A stretch of 32,000 bases of DNA from Pirellula staleyi DSM 6068 (lineage in GTDB: Bacteria > Planctomycetota > Planctomycetia > Pirellulales > Pirellulaceae). The translations under genes and the position numbers were made by a program. Shown in pieces: positions 8,201-14,604 of this stretch. The notes under the pieces were generated by a model, which was not told where the DNA came from, did not search any database, and worked only from the letters and a program-made list of their open reading frames with translations. The stretch lies in the NCBI GenBank assembly GCA_000025185.1, contig CP001848.1:1410001-1442000 (forward strand), given 5' to 3'. Every line of letters begins with the position of its first letter. Position 1 is the stretch's first letter.

Positions 8201-9106
8201 ACTCCGCGTTCACTTCTGCCGGCTACGAGTCGTTCTATGCTTTCGCCTGCAGATCGGCTGTTTGGTTGGGTCAATCAGGAATGCGTGGATAAAGACAGCC
8301 CTGCTTACCGTTCGCAATTGAGAGTGGGAGTTGTTGAATGCAAAACAAATGAGGCAATTAGATCATTCAATGTGCCGATGGTGGTTCCAATACTATCTCA
8401 ACCCAAACCTTCCCAGGGAAGGTTCTACCTAGGCGACAAGACAGGGCGCACACAGCCCCCCGGAGGATCGAAAGAAGATCGTGGATATTCAGGGACCAAT
8501 CGAATTCGTGGTCCTAAGGTTTACCCTCACCATGCGGCGTTTTCGCTAGATAGAGTTGGAAAGTCAGCTGGGCAAGCTGGAAATCAGAATCGTTCCATTA
8601 CTGGCTGTGTTAGAGAGGGTGTCGAGTTCAAATTTAATCTACATGTTCTTAATCTGTCTCGACTGGAAGTCTCTGCCCTTTTTTGGTTGCTAACCTTGCC
8701 GCCGAGTCACTATCTGCGACTCGGCCTGGGAAAGCCGCTTGGCTTCGGAAGTGTGAGCTGTGAGATCGTTAACACTGAAACTCGCATCTCCGATGGAAGC
8801 GACTGGATTGCTTCGCTTAAGGAGTGGGATGCATTACCGCCTGGAATTGATGCTACCGCAATTCAGTCGATGGCTGCAGAGTATGAATCCCAGATTGGAG
8901 AAGTCAATCCCACTCTCATGCAATCGTTTTTGCAAATAGCAAAAGGTTTTGGATGTGTTGAAACTGGATATCCACCAAGTCCCGACTCAAGAACGCTAGG
9001 TGGCGAGCATTTTAAGTGGTTTGCAGCGAATGAACGCAATAGAGCCGGAGCGAGGTCACTTCCTGACCCATCGGATAATGATCCGTTATTGCCAAAGATG
9101 CTATAG
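5288..9106 (+). CDS. Giant RAMP fusion with three Cas7 (Csm3/Cmr4)-like domains, the third carrying large insertions
   Basis: 1272-aa ORF. Unit 1: SPMHIGSGD, IPGSALKGVLRSWAEK (nt 5498-5533), ISKIFGD, ICIDRHNGTASANKLF, FGSNTANGWGQV. Unit 2: LPASSFRGVLRSRAEF (nt 6236-6274), IEKIFGMTG, AIDRFTGGAADTAKF, LQFGFGVAKGYGEL. Unit 3: YFAHAYYFLRHE (resembles the PYNFVPL-type start of type III-D RAMPs), YSGTISVRLTTKTPLLL, ILHSSSVRGMLRSAYEAI (nt 7322-7363), ADRLFGWVNQ, LRLGLGKPLGFGSV. Confidence 0.85.
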   Translation: MTTQIATRYQLKSRWKITGTLTTTSPMHIGSGDSTTHPQLVNEASETDSTIAHKSIEVAAIVRDFQGKPIIPGSALKGVLRSWAEKRYTNYRPQISKIFGDLDCSTPQARSGRAVFRNAILIPPKDDLITRYKNFVPYWRTDKLAGILSHVCIDRHNGTASANKLFFEEFLPEGISFKVEIFAEQLDESDVQLLLSVLVHGVSDDSEPIQFGSNTANGWGQVSWSDVFVSRNIDNSHVELDLNTLSFRQRCNNLTIDALPAPPPPDHIKTIPLLFQCRGPFLVNDGSRVKRKEMSEAEKERHRNFTPLRRADGSVWLPASSFRGVLRSRAEFILRSLDPSATGDPNKPLSKDNPIEKIFGMTGHASRLQIDEFSSSTTDPKLRHQDFVAIDRFTGGAADTAKFDAEYADHPTFSSRLRLNTHGLSESDIAILAATLRDLTRGDLQFGFGVAKGYGELVGNWTTDAEAWARKQLQHLPVAKRSEIPNSSGPSPSPTKANVIEGKLIFQKIRGEDKPVRRLVYRNKKNEWTTQAPTPIVFASLPQSLQTNTSPEIEVDFEWASPNKPTRVRERGTHLRIAARHNFAANQANDYFAHAYYFLRHEERRNLGGNGKPSAWPNDLADRNPYGHERYQEGCYSGTISVRLTTKTPLLLCDDLTRRETQPGHYEYDMRGDDEGNPILHSSSVRGMLRSAYEAITNSRMGVFTGHDDRLGLRMQTQEGLALVPCRIESGKVVLLPGTSQITVSRPSGPMYAAWLPAYPETGALRLSNTGNLPQHRQHVSCWIELWERTPWVEVRNDINHGRFAEDKKFSYWKVVAIAPHGQHLSKPSSSSECPRIDGTNHHTPKGEPIRFIENGYVCSTNYNFDKKHDERVFFVDNSSELTPIPLSESLVQQWGNLIRNYRLNEDLAKDKKRPGALTKAGWSRHMKDDRELTLADGSLAYARLDAKGSVIELFPVMIARKLYPRSPWCSTPRSLLPATSRSMLSPADRLFGWVNQECVDKDSPAYRSQLRVGVVECKTNEAIRSFNVPMVVPILSQPKPSQGRFYLGDKTGRTQPPGGSKEDRGYSGTNRIRGPKVYPHHAAFSLDRVGKSAGQAGNQNRSITGCVREGVEFKFNLHVLNLSRLEVSALFWLLTLPPSHYLRLGLGKPLGFGSVSCEIVNTETRISDGSDWIASLKEWDALPPGIDATAIQSMAAEYESQIGEVNPTLMQSFLQIAKGFGCVETGYPPSPDSRTLGGEHFKWFAANERNRAGARSLPDPSDNDPLLPKML

Positions 9107-9210
9107 CGTACCGCTATTTGGATATTAGCGATCGAATAGGCCACTATAGTCCCGGTAATGATGTTTTGCTATTGAAGCTGTCTCGATGACTTGTTTCCGT
9201 CGTTATGTCA

Positions 9211-9238
9211 TGAATGAATGAATGAATGAATGAATGAA
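9211..9238. repeat. Tetranucleotide microsatellite (TGAA)x7
   Basis: Direct reading: tgaatgaatgaatgaatgaatgaatgaa, about 100 nt after the RAMP operon stop. It places TGA stops in all three + frames. Confidence 0.95.
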
Positions 9239-10036
9239 AAGGTCAAACTGAACTCACTGACTGGCAGATGAGAGTGTCAGGCACTACGTATCTAATTGAT
9301 TCAACTTTGCTCTGGATCTCGAGCATAGTCTTGAGTATCTCGCCAGTTCATGCTGGTTCTCCCTGAATAGGGTGTCACGTACCATTACGTAACGGAAGTG
9401 TTACGAAGGTATCTTCAGTCCTACAATCGTGCTTTACTGGTAGCAAGTTCCAGATTCGCAGCAGAATTAGATAGTAACTCCCACATTCCGAAGGTGTATC
9501 GATGTCAAAGGCGCTTCACCTGTACCAAAAGGAGTGAGAGCCAATATCCGGTAGTGTAGGCCATCGGTTAGTTACAGTTACGGTGTTTTGGTTGCGGCAA
9601 ACCGTACAGTGTAATTTCTGCTCGGGACTTATCACCAGAGTACCGCTCGAAAAATGGGGTGGGGGGATGGTTCAATCCTGGAAGGCTTGGGTCCCTCGGG
9701 TCCTTTGTGCATTCAAAATTGAGAGTACAAGTGCCATATCGGACGGTGTTTGCTATCGCTCAATCCACATCACTGCATCGCTGATGCCCTCGACGTGCAG
9801 TGAATCGCTACTCGGTTGGCACAAAATGAGTAGAGTTTCGGGCCAACTACCGCCAAAATCTTGCGTCGCAATGCTTGGGCTGGTCACTTCCCATTGATTT
9901 GGAGCGTCGTCCTGCACAACCGTTCGGCAATTGCATCGGACTCTTGTCTTGTCGTCGCAAAATCAAGCCATTGCCCTTTGGGATGGCGAGTTGTTGTTCT
10001 GCTTTGAAGGGAGCGCATTCGACTTTCTGCCTGCTC

Positions 10037-10116
10037 GCGACCAACGAGTTGTTGACTTTTCTAGATTTTTCGTGAAACCCGTAGATGGTGGAAGTAAGAG
10101 CGGTTTGGGATAATGT
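10037..10116 (+). repeat. Diverged direct repeat, copy 1 (core GAAACCCGTAGATG at 10074-10087)
   Basis: GCGACCAAC...TTCTAGATTTTTCGTGAAACCCGTAGATGGTGGA...GCGGTTTGGG aligns with copy 2 over about 80-95 nt with indels. The two copies share an exact 14-mer. Confidence 0.6.
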
Positions 10117-10396
10117 GCCCCCAACCAACTCCAGCAATCTGCAGACGCAGGGCAGGTTCGACGACTGTTCAACTTGGCTTGAGGGGCTCTTTCAGTACAG
10201 TTGCCGTAAGTTATGACCTACATGTGACCGAGGTTGCGGCGATTCAACGGGCGAGTTCCCTTTGCGTAGAGTGCTGCTCACTCGAATTTTCGTGCTCTTG
10301 GACTGATCACTAGTAGTTATCTCTGCGCATGACGAGACTTACCTGCGGGTCGTTAGGTGAAGTGAATGCCGAAACCGATGTCGCTCGAAGTCCATA

Positions 10397-10490
10397 GCGC
10401 CAACAATCTACGACTAAGCAGGGTTTCTCGAAGATTTTGGAAACCCGTAGATGATGAGTATTCGGTGTGGTGTAGCCGATTTGGTTGTCA
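10397..10490 (+). repeat. Diverged direct repeat, copy 2 (core GAAACCCGTAGATG at 10440-10453; local stem GGGTTTC 10421-10427 / GAAACCC 10440-10446)
   Basis: GCGCCAAC...GGGTTTCTCGAAGATTTTGGAAACCCGTAGATGATGAG...GCCGATTTGG lies 366 nt downstream of copy 1. Weaker partial matches to the TCGAA(G)ATTTT(C)G part occur near 10281-10296 and 10681-10698. Confidence 0.6.
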
Positions 10491-10517
10491 CCGTGATCAG
10501 CTGTCACCTGGAAATCT

Positions 10518-10937
10518 CTATCGGCCCAAGCGAGAAGCTAGGACCAGTGCCAGGACAGCATTTCGGCAGTCTTCGGAGAGCTTGTCCCAGGATTCAATGA
10601 TCTGGAGGAGTCTCGGCTCGAAGGAAGGTACGTCGACCCTTGGGGAGGGGAGTGAAATTGTTGGTTGAAGGAGGCGACTATCTTTTGAAGATTTACTGTT
10701 ACTGTCTAATAACGGATTACTTTCGGTTCCAATTCCCTTGTTTTGATGATTTCTAGTGCGCGCGTCGGATTCTGCGTCGGTTGATTCGCAAAATGCCTTA
10801 GTTCCCTTGGAATATGGAGGGTGTTTGTCTCCTACCGGGGGAGCTCCTGTTTTTTCAAGAAAGTGCCGCGTTTCGCGGCATTTTTTGCGCGCCGACCGAA
10901 TTCTCCTCACGGTCCGGCAATGCTCATTCGCGCTCAA
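10518..10937 (-). CDS. Hypothetical protein (weak call)
   Basis: 139-aa ORF. Only the C-terminal part looks protein-like (PRLLQIIESWDKLSEDCRNAVLALVLA). The terminator-like hairpin at 10864-10886 lies inside the ORF, which argues against the full length. Confidence 0.25.
   Translation of the reverse strand: MSANEHCRTVRRIRSARKKCRETRHFLEKTGAPPVGDKHPPYSKGTKAFCESTDAESDARTRNHQNKGIGTESNPLLDSNSKSSKDSRLLQPTISLPSPRVDVPSFEPRLLQIIESWDKLSEDCRNAVLALVLASRLGR
10864..10886 (+). terminator. Intrinsic (rho-independent) terminator, possibly bidirectional
   Basis: TGCCGCG (10864-10870), TTT loop, CGCGGCA (10874-10880), then TTTTTT (10881-10886). An A-rich run (aagaaag) precedes the stem, so the minus strand also sees a weaker T-tract. 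Confidence 0.55.
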
Positions 10938-11398
10938 AAATGCTCAGTTGCGCTCGGTTAGAGCGCACAGAAACGCGCACAGCCTTTTTCCCCCTCTTTC
11001 GGCCCCCTTCCGGATTTCTTCGAGCGGGGACTCACCAATTCGCGGGCCGCCTCGGTCCAAGCCTCTCTGCTTCTCGCTTCTGGTCGACGGTGGGGCCTTC
11101 GAAGCCCTCTGCAGCATTTCGTGACGACAGTTTGCCTCGTTAGAGCTGAAAACTGGTCCATCGCGGTCCAGGACACACAACTCCAGTCGATCCCAGAACG
11201 ACTTGGCGATTCTTTGTCGGAAGTCGTTTGTGTGACCACTTCTACTGCAATTCGGGGGGCGATGAGCATTTATTTTTGAACGGCATTTGACATATTGAGA
11301 TTCATCGCTCTTATAAGTGTTATGTTGTTCATGTGAGAGATCATCTGATTGAAAAAAATTGTTAGTAACCCAGTTGAGTATCAATAGGAGAATAAAAG

Positions 11399-11629
11399 AT
11401 GACTAATAGCTATCAAAATGATGTCAAAAACGAAAGACGCTATGTCACTCTTAGAGAAGCATCGGAGCTGTATCCACTGTCTGAGATGACATTTCGCCGC
11501 TTAGCTTCGGCTGGGAAAATTACGCTGTACCGGCCGACTCCGGGCAAATTGTTCCTGAGTGTCGACGAGATCGAGTCGCACTTTCGCACTTCTGCAGGAG
11601 CGCGAGGGAAAAAATGCCCCGCCAGTTAA
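11399..11629 (+). CDS. Excisionase/AlpA-like helix-turn-helix DNA-binding protein (MerR-type HTH_17-like)
   Basis: 76-aa ORF. RYVTLREASELYPLSEMTFRRLASAGKITLYRPTPGKLFLSVDEIESHF matches the short excisionase-family HTH pattern. AGGAG lies 9 nt upstream of the ATG, in an AT-rich upstream region (TTGACA at 11287, TATAAG at 11312). Confidence 0.7.
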   Translation: MTNSYQNDVKNERRYVTLREASELYPLSEMTFRRLASAGKITLYRPTPGKLFLSVDEIESHFRTSAGARGKKCPAS

Positions 11630-11850
11630 TGCTACTGACTGCGAGGGACCTCAACTCGCACTCTTGGCACGAGCCTAGAAACGGATTTTGCAATGAATGC
11701 GCACGAAAAAAGCCGCCCGAGACTCACAATCTCGAACGGCCAGCAGATGAAGCGCGAAGTTGAGAATGACAAAATCGCTTCAGTCTGTCAACTGTTTCGC
11801 AGCGATAATCTGGCAGTGTTCCATCCCTTCGATCTGCGGAGGGCCTTCTA

Positions 11851-12843
11851 ATGGAATACCCACGACGTCTATCGTTTTTCTCCAATCGATTTGCGGACGT
11901 TTTTCATAGCTCGGGGGCAATCGACGAGCTTGGAAGCACGGCAGCGCTGCTGCTCTGGGTTGTATCCAGTGCCGAGGACAAGACTAGGTATCACGGACCA
12001 GTCAAGTTCTGGGACAGCGACCTTAAACAGAAGGTAGGGTTGTCGAGCCAGCGCCGGTTCGCGGCTGTCCGAAAGCTGTTGGTTGATGCGGGGTGGTTGG
12101 TTTACTACCGATCCACACAACGAGCGATCGGCTCGTATTGGGTGGTGATACCCCAACGCTTCCAAGAGCCGATCGATTTTGAACCCACAGCAGAAACTAT
12201 CGAAGCGAATGGCGCGGAAAACTGCGCCAATGAATTCGAGAATGGCGCACAAAAACGCGCCAATGGTGCGAATGGCGCACTGAATGGCGCACTGAATGGC
12301 GCAGAAAAGTGCGCCCCTTCTATTCCTACTCCTACTCCTAATACCTCTCTCTCTAAAAAAGAGAGTGAGAGAGAGAGGGAAGCGCAACCATCTAAAGCGC
12401 ATCCCCCAGCAGAGGCGATCGACTTAGAGCTTGCCCAGCAATTCTTCAGCGACCTCCGGAAGCTCGATGAGCATCGAGCAGAGCCTGACTTCGAGACTTG
12501 GGCTCATGAGTTTGAGCAACTACGCAAGGCCGGTAAGCCGATCGCGCAGATCCGCGAAGTGATGGACTTCGTTGCAGGCCATGTGAAGCACTGGCGAACT
12601 CGAATCGAGAGCCCGCAATCACTTCGAGAAAACTGGGACAAGCTTGCCCTCGAGTGCGGAGCAGCCAAGAAGGCAAGGGCGGCAACCTGCTCTGAGATTC
12701 CCGATCTCACCGACGACGACGTAATCAAACCACCGCAACATCGCGGCCGCCGACTCTACGGCAATCGCCAGTTGCCCAGCATGGCCGGTGCTAATTACGA
12801 CCCCGACGCACACCTGAAGGATCCCGATCATGGCACCTTCTAG
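11851..12843 (+). CDS. Hypothetical mobile-element protein with internal NGA-type tandem repeat; function unknown (replication/DNA-binding role is speculation)
   Basis: 330-aa ORF with ordinary composition. The central tract ANGAENCANEFENGAQKRANGANGALNGALNGAEKCA is encoded by repeated AATGGCGCA units. The stop TAG (12841-12843) coincides with the IS target site. Confidence 0.65.
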   Translation: MEYPRRLSFFSNRFADVFHSSGAIDELGSTAALLLWVVSSAEDKTRYHGPVKFWDSDLKQKVGLSSQRRFAAVRKLLVDAGWLVYYRSTQRAIGSYWVVIPQRFQEPIDFEPTAETIEANGAENCANEFENGAQKRANGANGALNGALNGAEKCAPSIPTPTPNTSLSKKESEREREAQPSKAHPPAEAIDLELAQQFFSDLRKLDEHRAEPDFETWAHEFEQLRKAGKPIAQIREVMDFVAGHVKHWRTRIESPQSLRENWDKLALECGAAKKARAATCSEIPDLTDDDVIKPPQHRGRRLYGNRQLPSMAGANYDPDAHLKDPDHGTF

Positions 12844-13704
12844 AGCCTGTTATTGACTTATCTGCTTGCAATTGCTGTAGTTAGGGGATGAAACACACGA
12901 CAGGGAAGTCGTATCCCAGCGACGTAACGGATGCGGAGTGGGAATTCCTGCTCCCCTACTTAAGCCTCATGCGCGAGGATGTGTCGCAGCGTGCCTATTC
13001 ACTGCGCGACCAGTTTAACGCCATGCGCTACGTGGTGAAAACAGGAATCCAGTGGGACTTCCTGCCGCATGAAATGCCTCCGTGGCGGGCCGTCTATCAA
13101 CAAATGCGACGCTGGTTCGAAGCGGGAGTCTTTGAGGAAATTGCGCAAGACCTCAGGCTGATGGTGCGTCTTTTGGAAGGACGTGACGAACAGCCAACCG
13201 CTGTGATCATGGATGCTCGAACGCTGCAATCGACTCCTGAAAGTGGAGGCCGCGCGGGATACGACGGCGCGAAGAAAAAGAAGGGTTCGAAGGCCAATAT
13301 TGCCGTCGATACACTGGGAAATCTGCTGGCGGTTTACATCACTGCAGCCAATGAGCAAGACCGCGACCAAGTCGCCATCCTCTCGCAGAGAGTGCAAGAG
13401 GTGACGGGCAGCAACGTGGAGATAGCGTACGTCGATCAAGGCTATACGGGCGCCGCAGCAGCCGAGCAGGCTGAAGCATCCTCGATAAGATTACAAGTTA
13501 TAAAACATACCGAGACCAAGCGAGGCTTTGTCCTATTGCCACGCCGCTGGGTTGTTGAGCGCACCTTTGGTTGGCTGAGTCGCTTCCGCCGTCTCGCGCG
13601 TGATTATGAGAGACTCACCGTCACGCTCACCAACTTCCACTGGCTCGCCTTCCTCACCATACTCCTCGCAAAAATCTACAGACAAAGTCAATAACTGGCT
13701 CTAG
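12841..13704 (+). mobile_element. IS5-family insertion sequence (single-ORF DDE transposase) with terminal inverted repeats at a CTAG target
   Basis: The left end TAGAGCCTGTTATTGACTT (12841-12859) matches the reverse complement of the right end AAGTCAATAACTGGCTCTA (13685-13703) at 18 of 19 positions. The flanks read ..cttCTAG[..]CTAGcga, consistent with either a TA or a CTAG target duplication. The exact IS ends are therefore ambiguous by 2 nt. Confidence 0.85.
12888..13694 (+). CDS. IS5-family DDE transposase
   Basis: 268-aa ORF. The N-terminal region YPSDVTDAEWEFLLPYL...GIQWDFLPHEMPPWRAVYQQMRRWFEAGVFEEI is typical of IS4/IS5 transposase N-domains. DDE-region motifs are AVIMDARTLQS, ANIAVDTLGNLL, AYVDQGYTG and VVERTFGWLSRFRRLARDYERL. 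Confidence 0.9.
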   Translation: MKHTTGKSYPSDVTDAEWEFLLPYLSLMREDVSQRAYSLRDQFNAMRYVVKTGIQWDFLPHEMPPWRAVYQQMRRWFEAGVFEEIAQDLRLMVRLLEGRDEQPTAVIMDARTLQSTPESGGRAGYDGAKKKKGSKANIAVDTLGNLLAVYITAANEQDRDQVAILSQRVQEVTGSNVEIAYVDQGYTGAAAAEQAEASSIRLQVIKHTETKRGFVLLPRRWVVERTFGWLSRFRRLARDYERLTVTLTNFHWLAFLTILLAKIYRQSQ

Positions 13705-14170
13705 CGAGCACAGGACCAGCACCGGACCAGGTGCGGACCAGTCCGGTCCGATAGTCCGGTGGCCCAGGCCAAACCAACCGCCCGAGAAGCACCGGCTCGA
13801 GTTCGTCGCAGTCTTCTCCACCGAGGGTGCAGGCGACCGTGAGATGGCGATGATGCAACTAAAGCGATTCCTAAAGGCCGCACTTCGCCAGTATCGCTTC
13901 CGATGTGTCTCCGTTGAGGAATGGTGACGTCCAGGCCACTACAACGCGTCCTGGCGCAAATAAAGCGATTCTAGAGGCATCTCCCACGCACGGAAGTGAG
14001 CACGAGACATGACCTCCACCCATCGCCAGCCAAGCCGTCGCACAAGCTGGAACGAATCACCAAGCACGCCCATCGCTGAAACGATGCGACGGGTGTGCGT
14101 CCCCTTAAGCTCCCCCGCACTGAGTTGGCTTTGCCAATGAGGTGCTGGGGGGCCGGGGGGCAGGTTGCGC

Positions 14171-14314
14171 ATGCATCGCTGTCGTCCCGGTGATCGCGTC
14201 GTGGTGAGCAAGGTCAAGGTTCGCCCCCTCGTCCGAATCGGAAGCGACAAGCTGTACTACGTGGTGCTGACGGCGGGACGAAGAACGTCCATCAAGACCC
14301 GCGAGACGAACTAG
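14171..14314 (+). CDS. Small hypothetical protein (47 aa), below the ORF-track length cutoff
   Basis: Translated manually as MHRCRPGDRVVVSKVKVRPLVRIGSDKLYYVVLTAGRRTSIKTRETN. The composition is protein-like, with no other support. Confidence 0.3.
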   Translation: MHRCRPGDRVVVSKVKVRPLVRIGSDKLYYVVLTAGRRTSIKTRETN

Positions 14315-14604
14315 TCGGCGGAACAATGTTTTTCTCTTCTCTCCGCAGCGGGGCTCAGCGTTCGAGTGCCTTCCCTAAACAGCCATGAGAAGGCTTGCAA
14401 ATAACCGTCGTTCGATGACCTGGAGTAAGGAAGAATAGGGCCGATTCTGCATATTCCGAATTATGCAGAACTCTAGATAGTCCAGCCCAGTTTGCATCTT
14501 TCTCGTCTTTTGTTGACACCCCCTCCCGAAATAGGCAGAATGCAACCCGAAAGAAATATGCAGACTTCCGTATAGTAACTGTTCGCTGCTGTAAGAGGCA
14601 CTCG

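Larger units (their letters stand above)
12830..13927 (+). pseudogene. Small ORF (about 79 aa when reconstructed) split by the IS5-family insertion
   Basis: Removing the IS and one target copy joins ATG 12830 (atg gca cct tct a) to 13704 onward. This gives MAPSSEHRTSTGPGADQSGPIVRWPRPNQPPEKHRLEFVAVFSTEGAGDREMAMMQLKRFLKAALRQYRFRCVSVEEW with its stop at 13925-13927. In the present sequence the 5' part stops after 8 codons inside the IS. Confidence 0.45.

Noticed and set aside
9211-9238. Tandem repeats (TGAA)7 here and (GATTGGCT)4 at 27512-27546 considered as possible CRISPR arrays for the RAMP operon
   Set aside because: The units are 4 and 8 nt with no spacers. These are microsatellites, not repeat-spacer arrays.
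9669-9678. GGTTCAATCC, a tRNA T-loop-like string in the non-coding tract
   Set aside because: The flanking bases cannot form a 5-bp T-stem, and no acceptor or anticodon arms could be drawn.
10944-11384. 146-aa minus-strand ORF (and the overlapping + ORFs 10756-11143) as a possible repressor gene divergent from the excisionase-like gene
   Set aside because: There is no HTH or other motif. The composition is odd, and the ORF spans an AT-rich promoter-like region and GC-rich repeats. It is not supportable from sequence alone.
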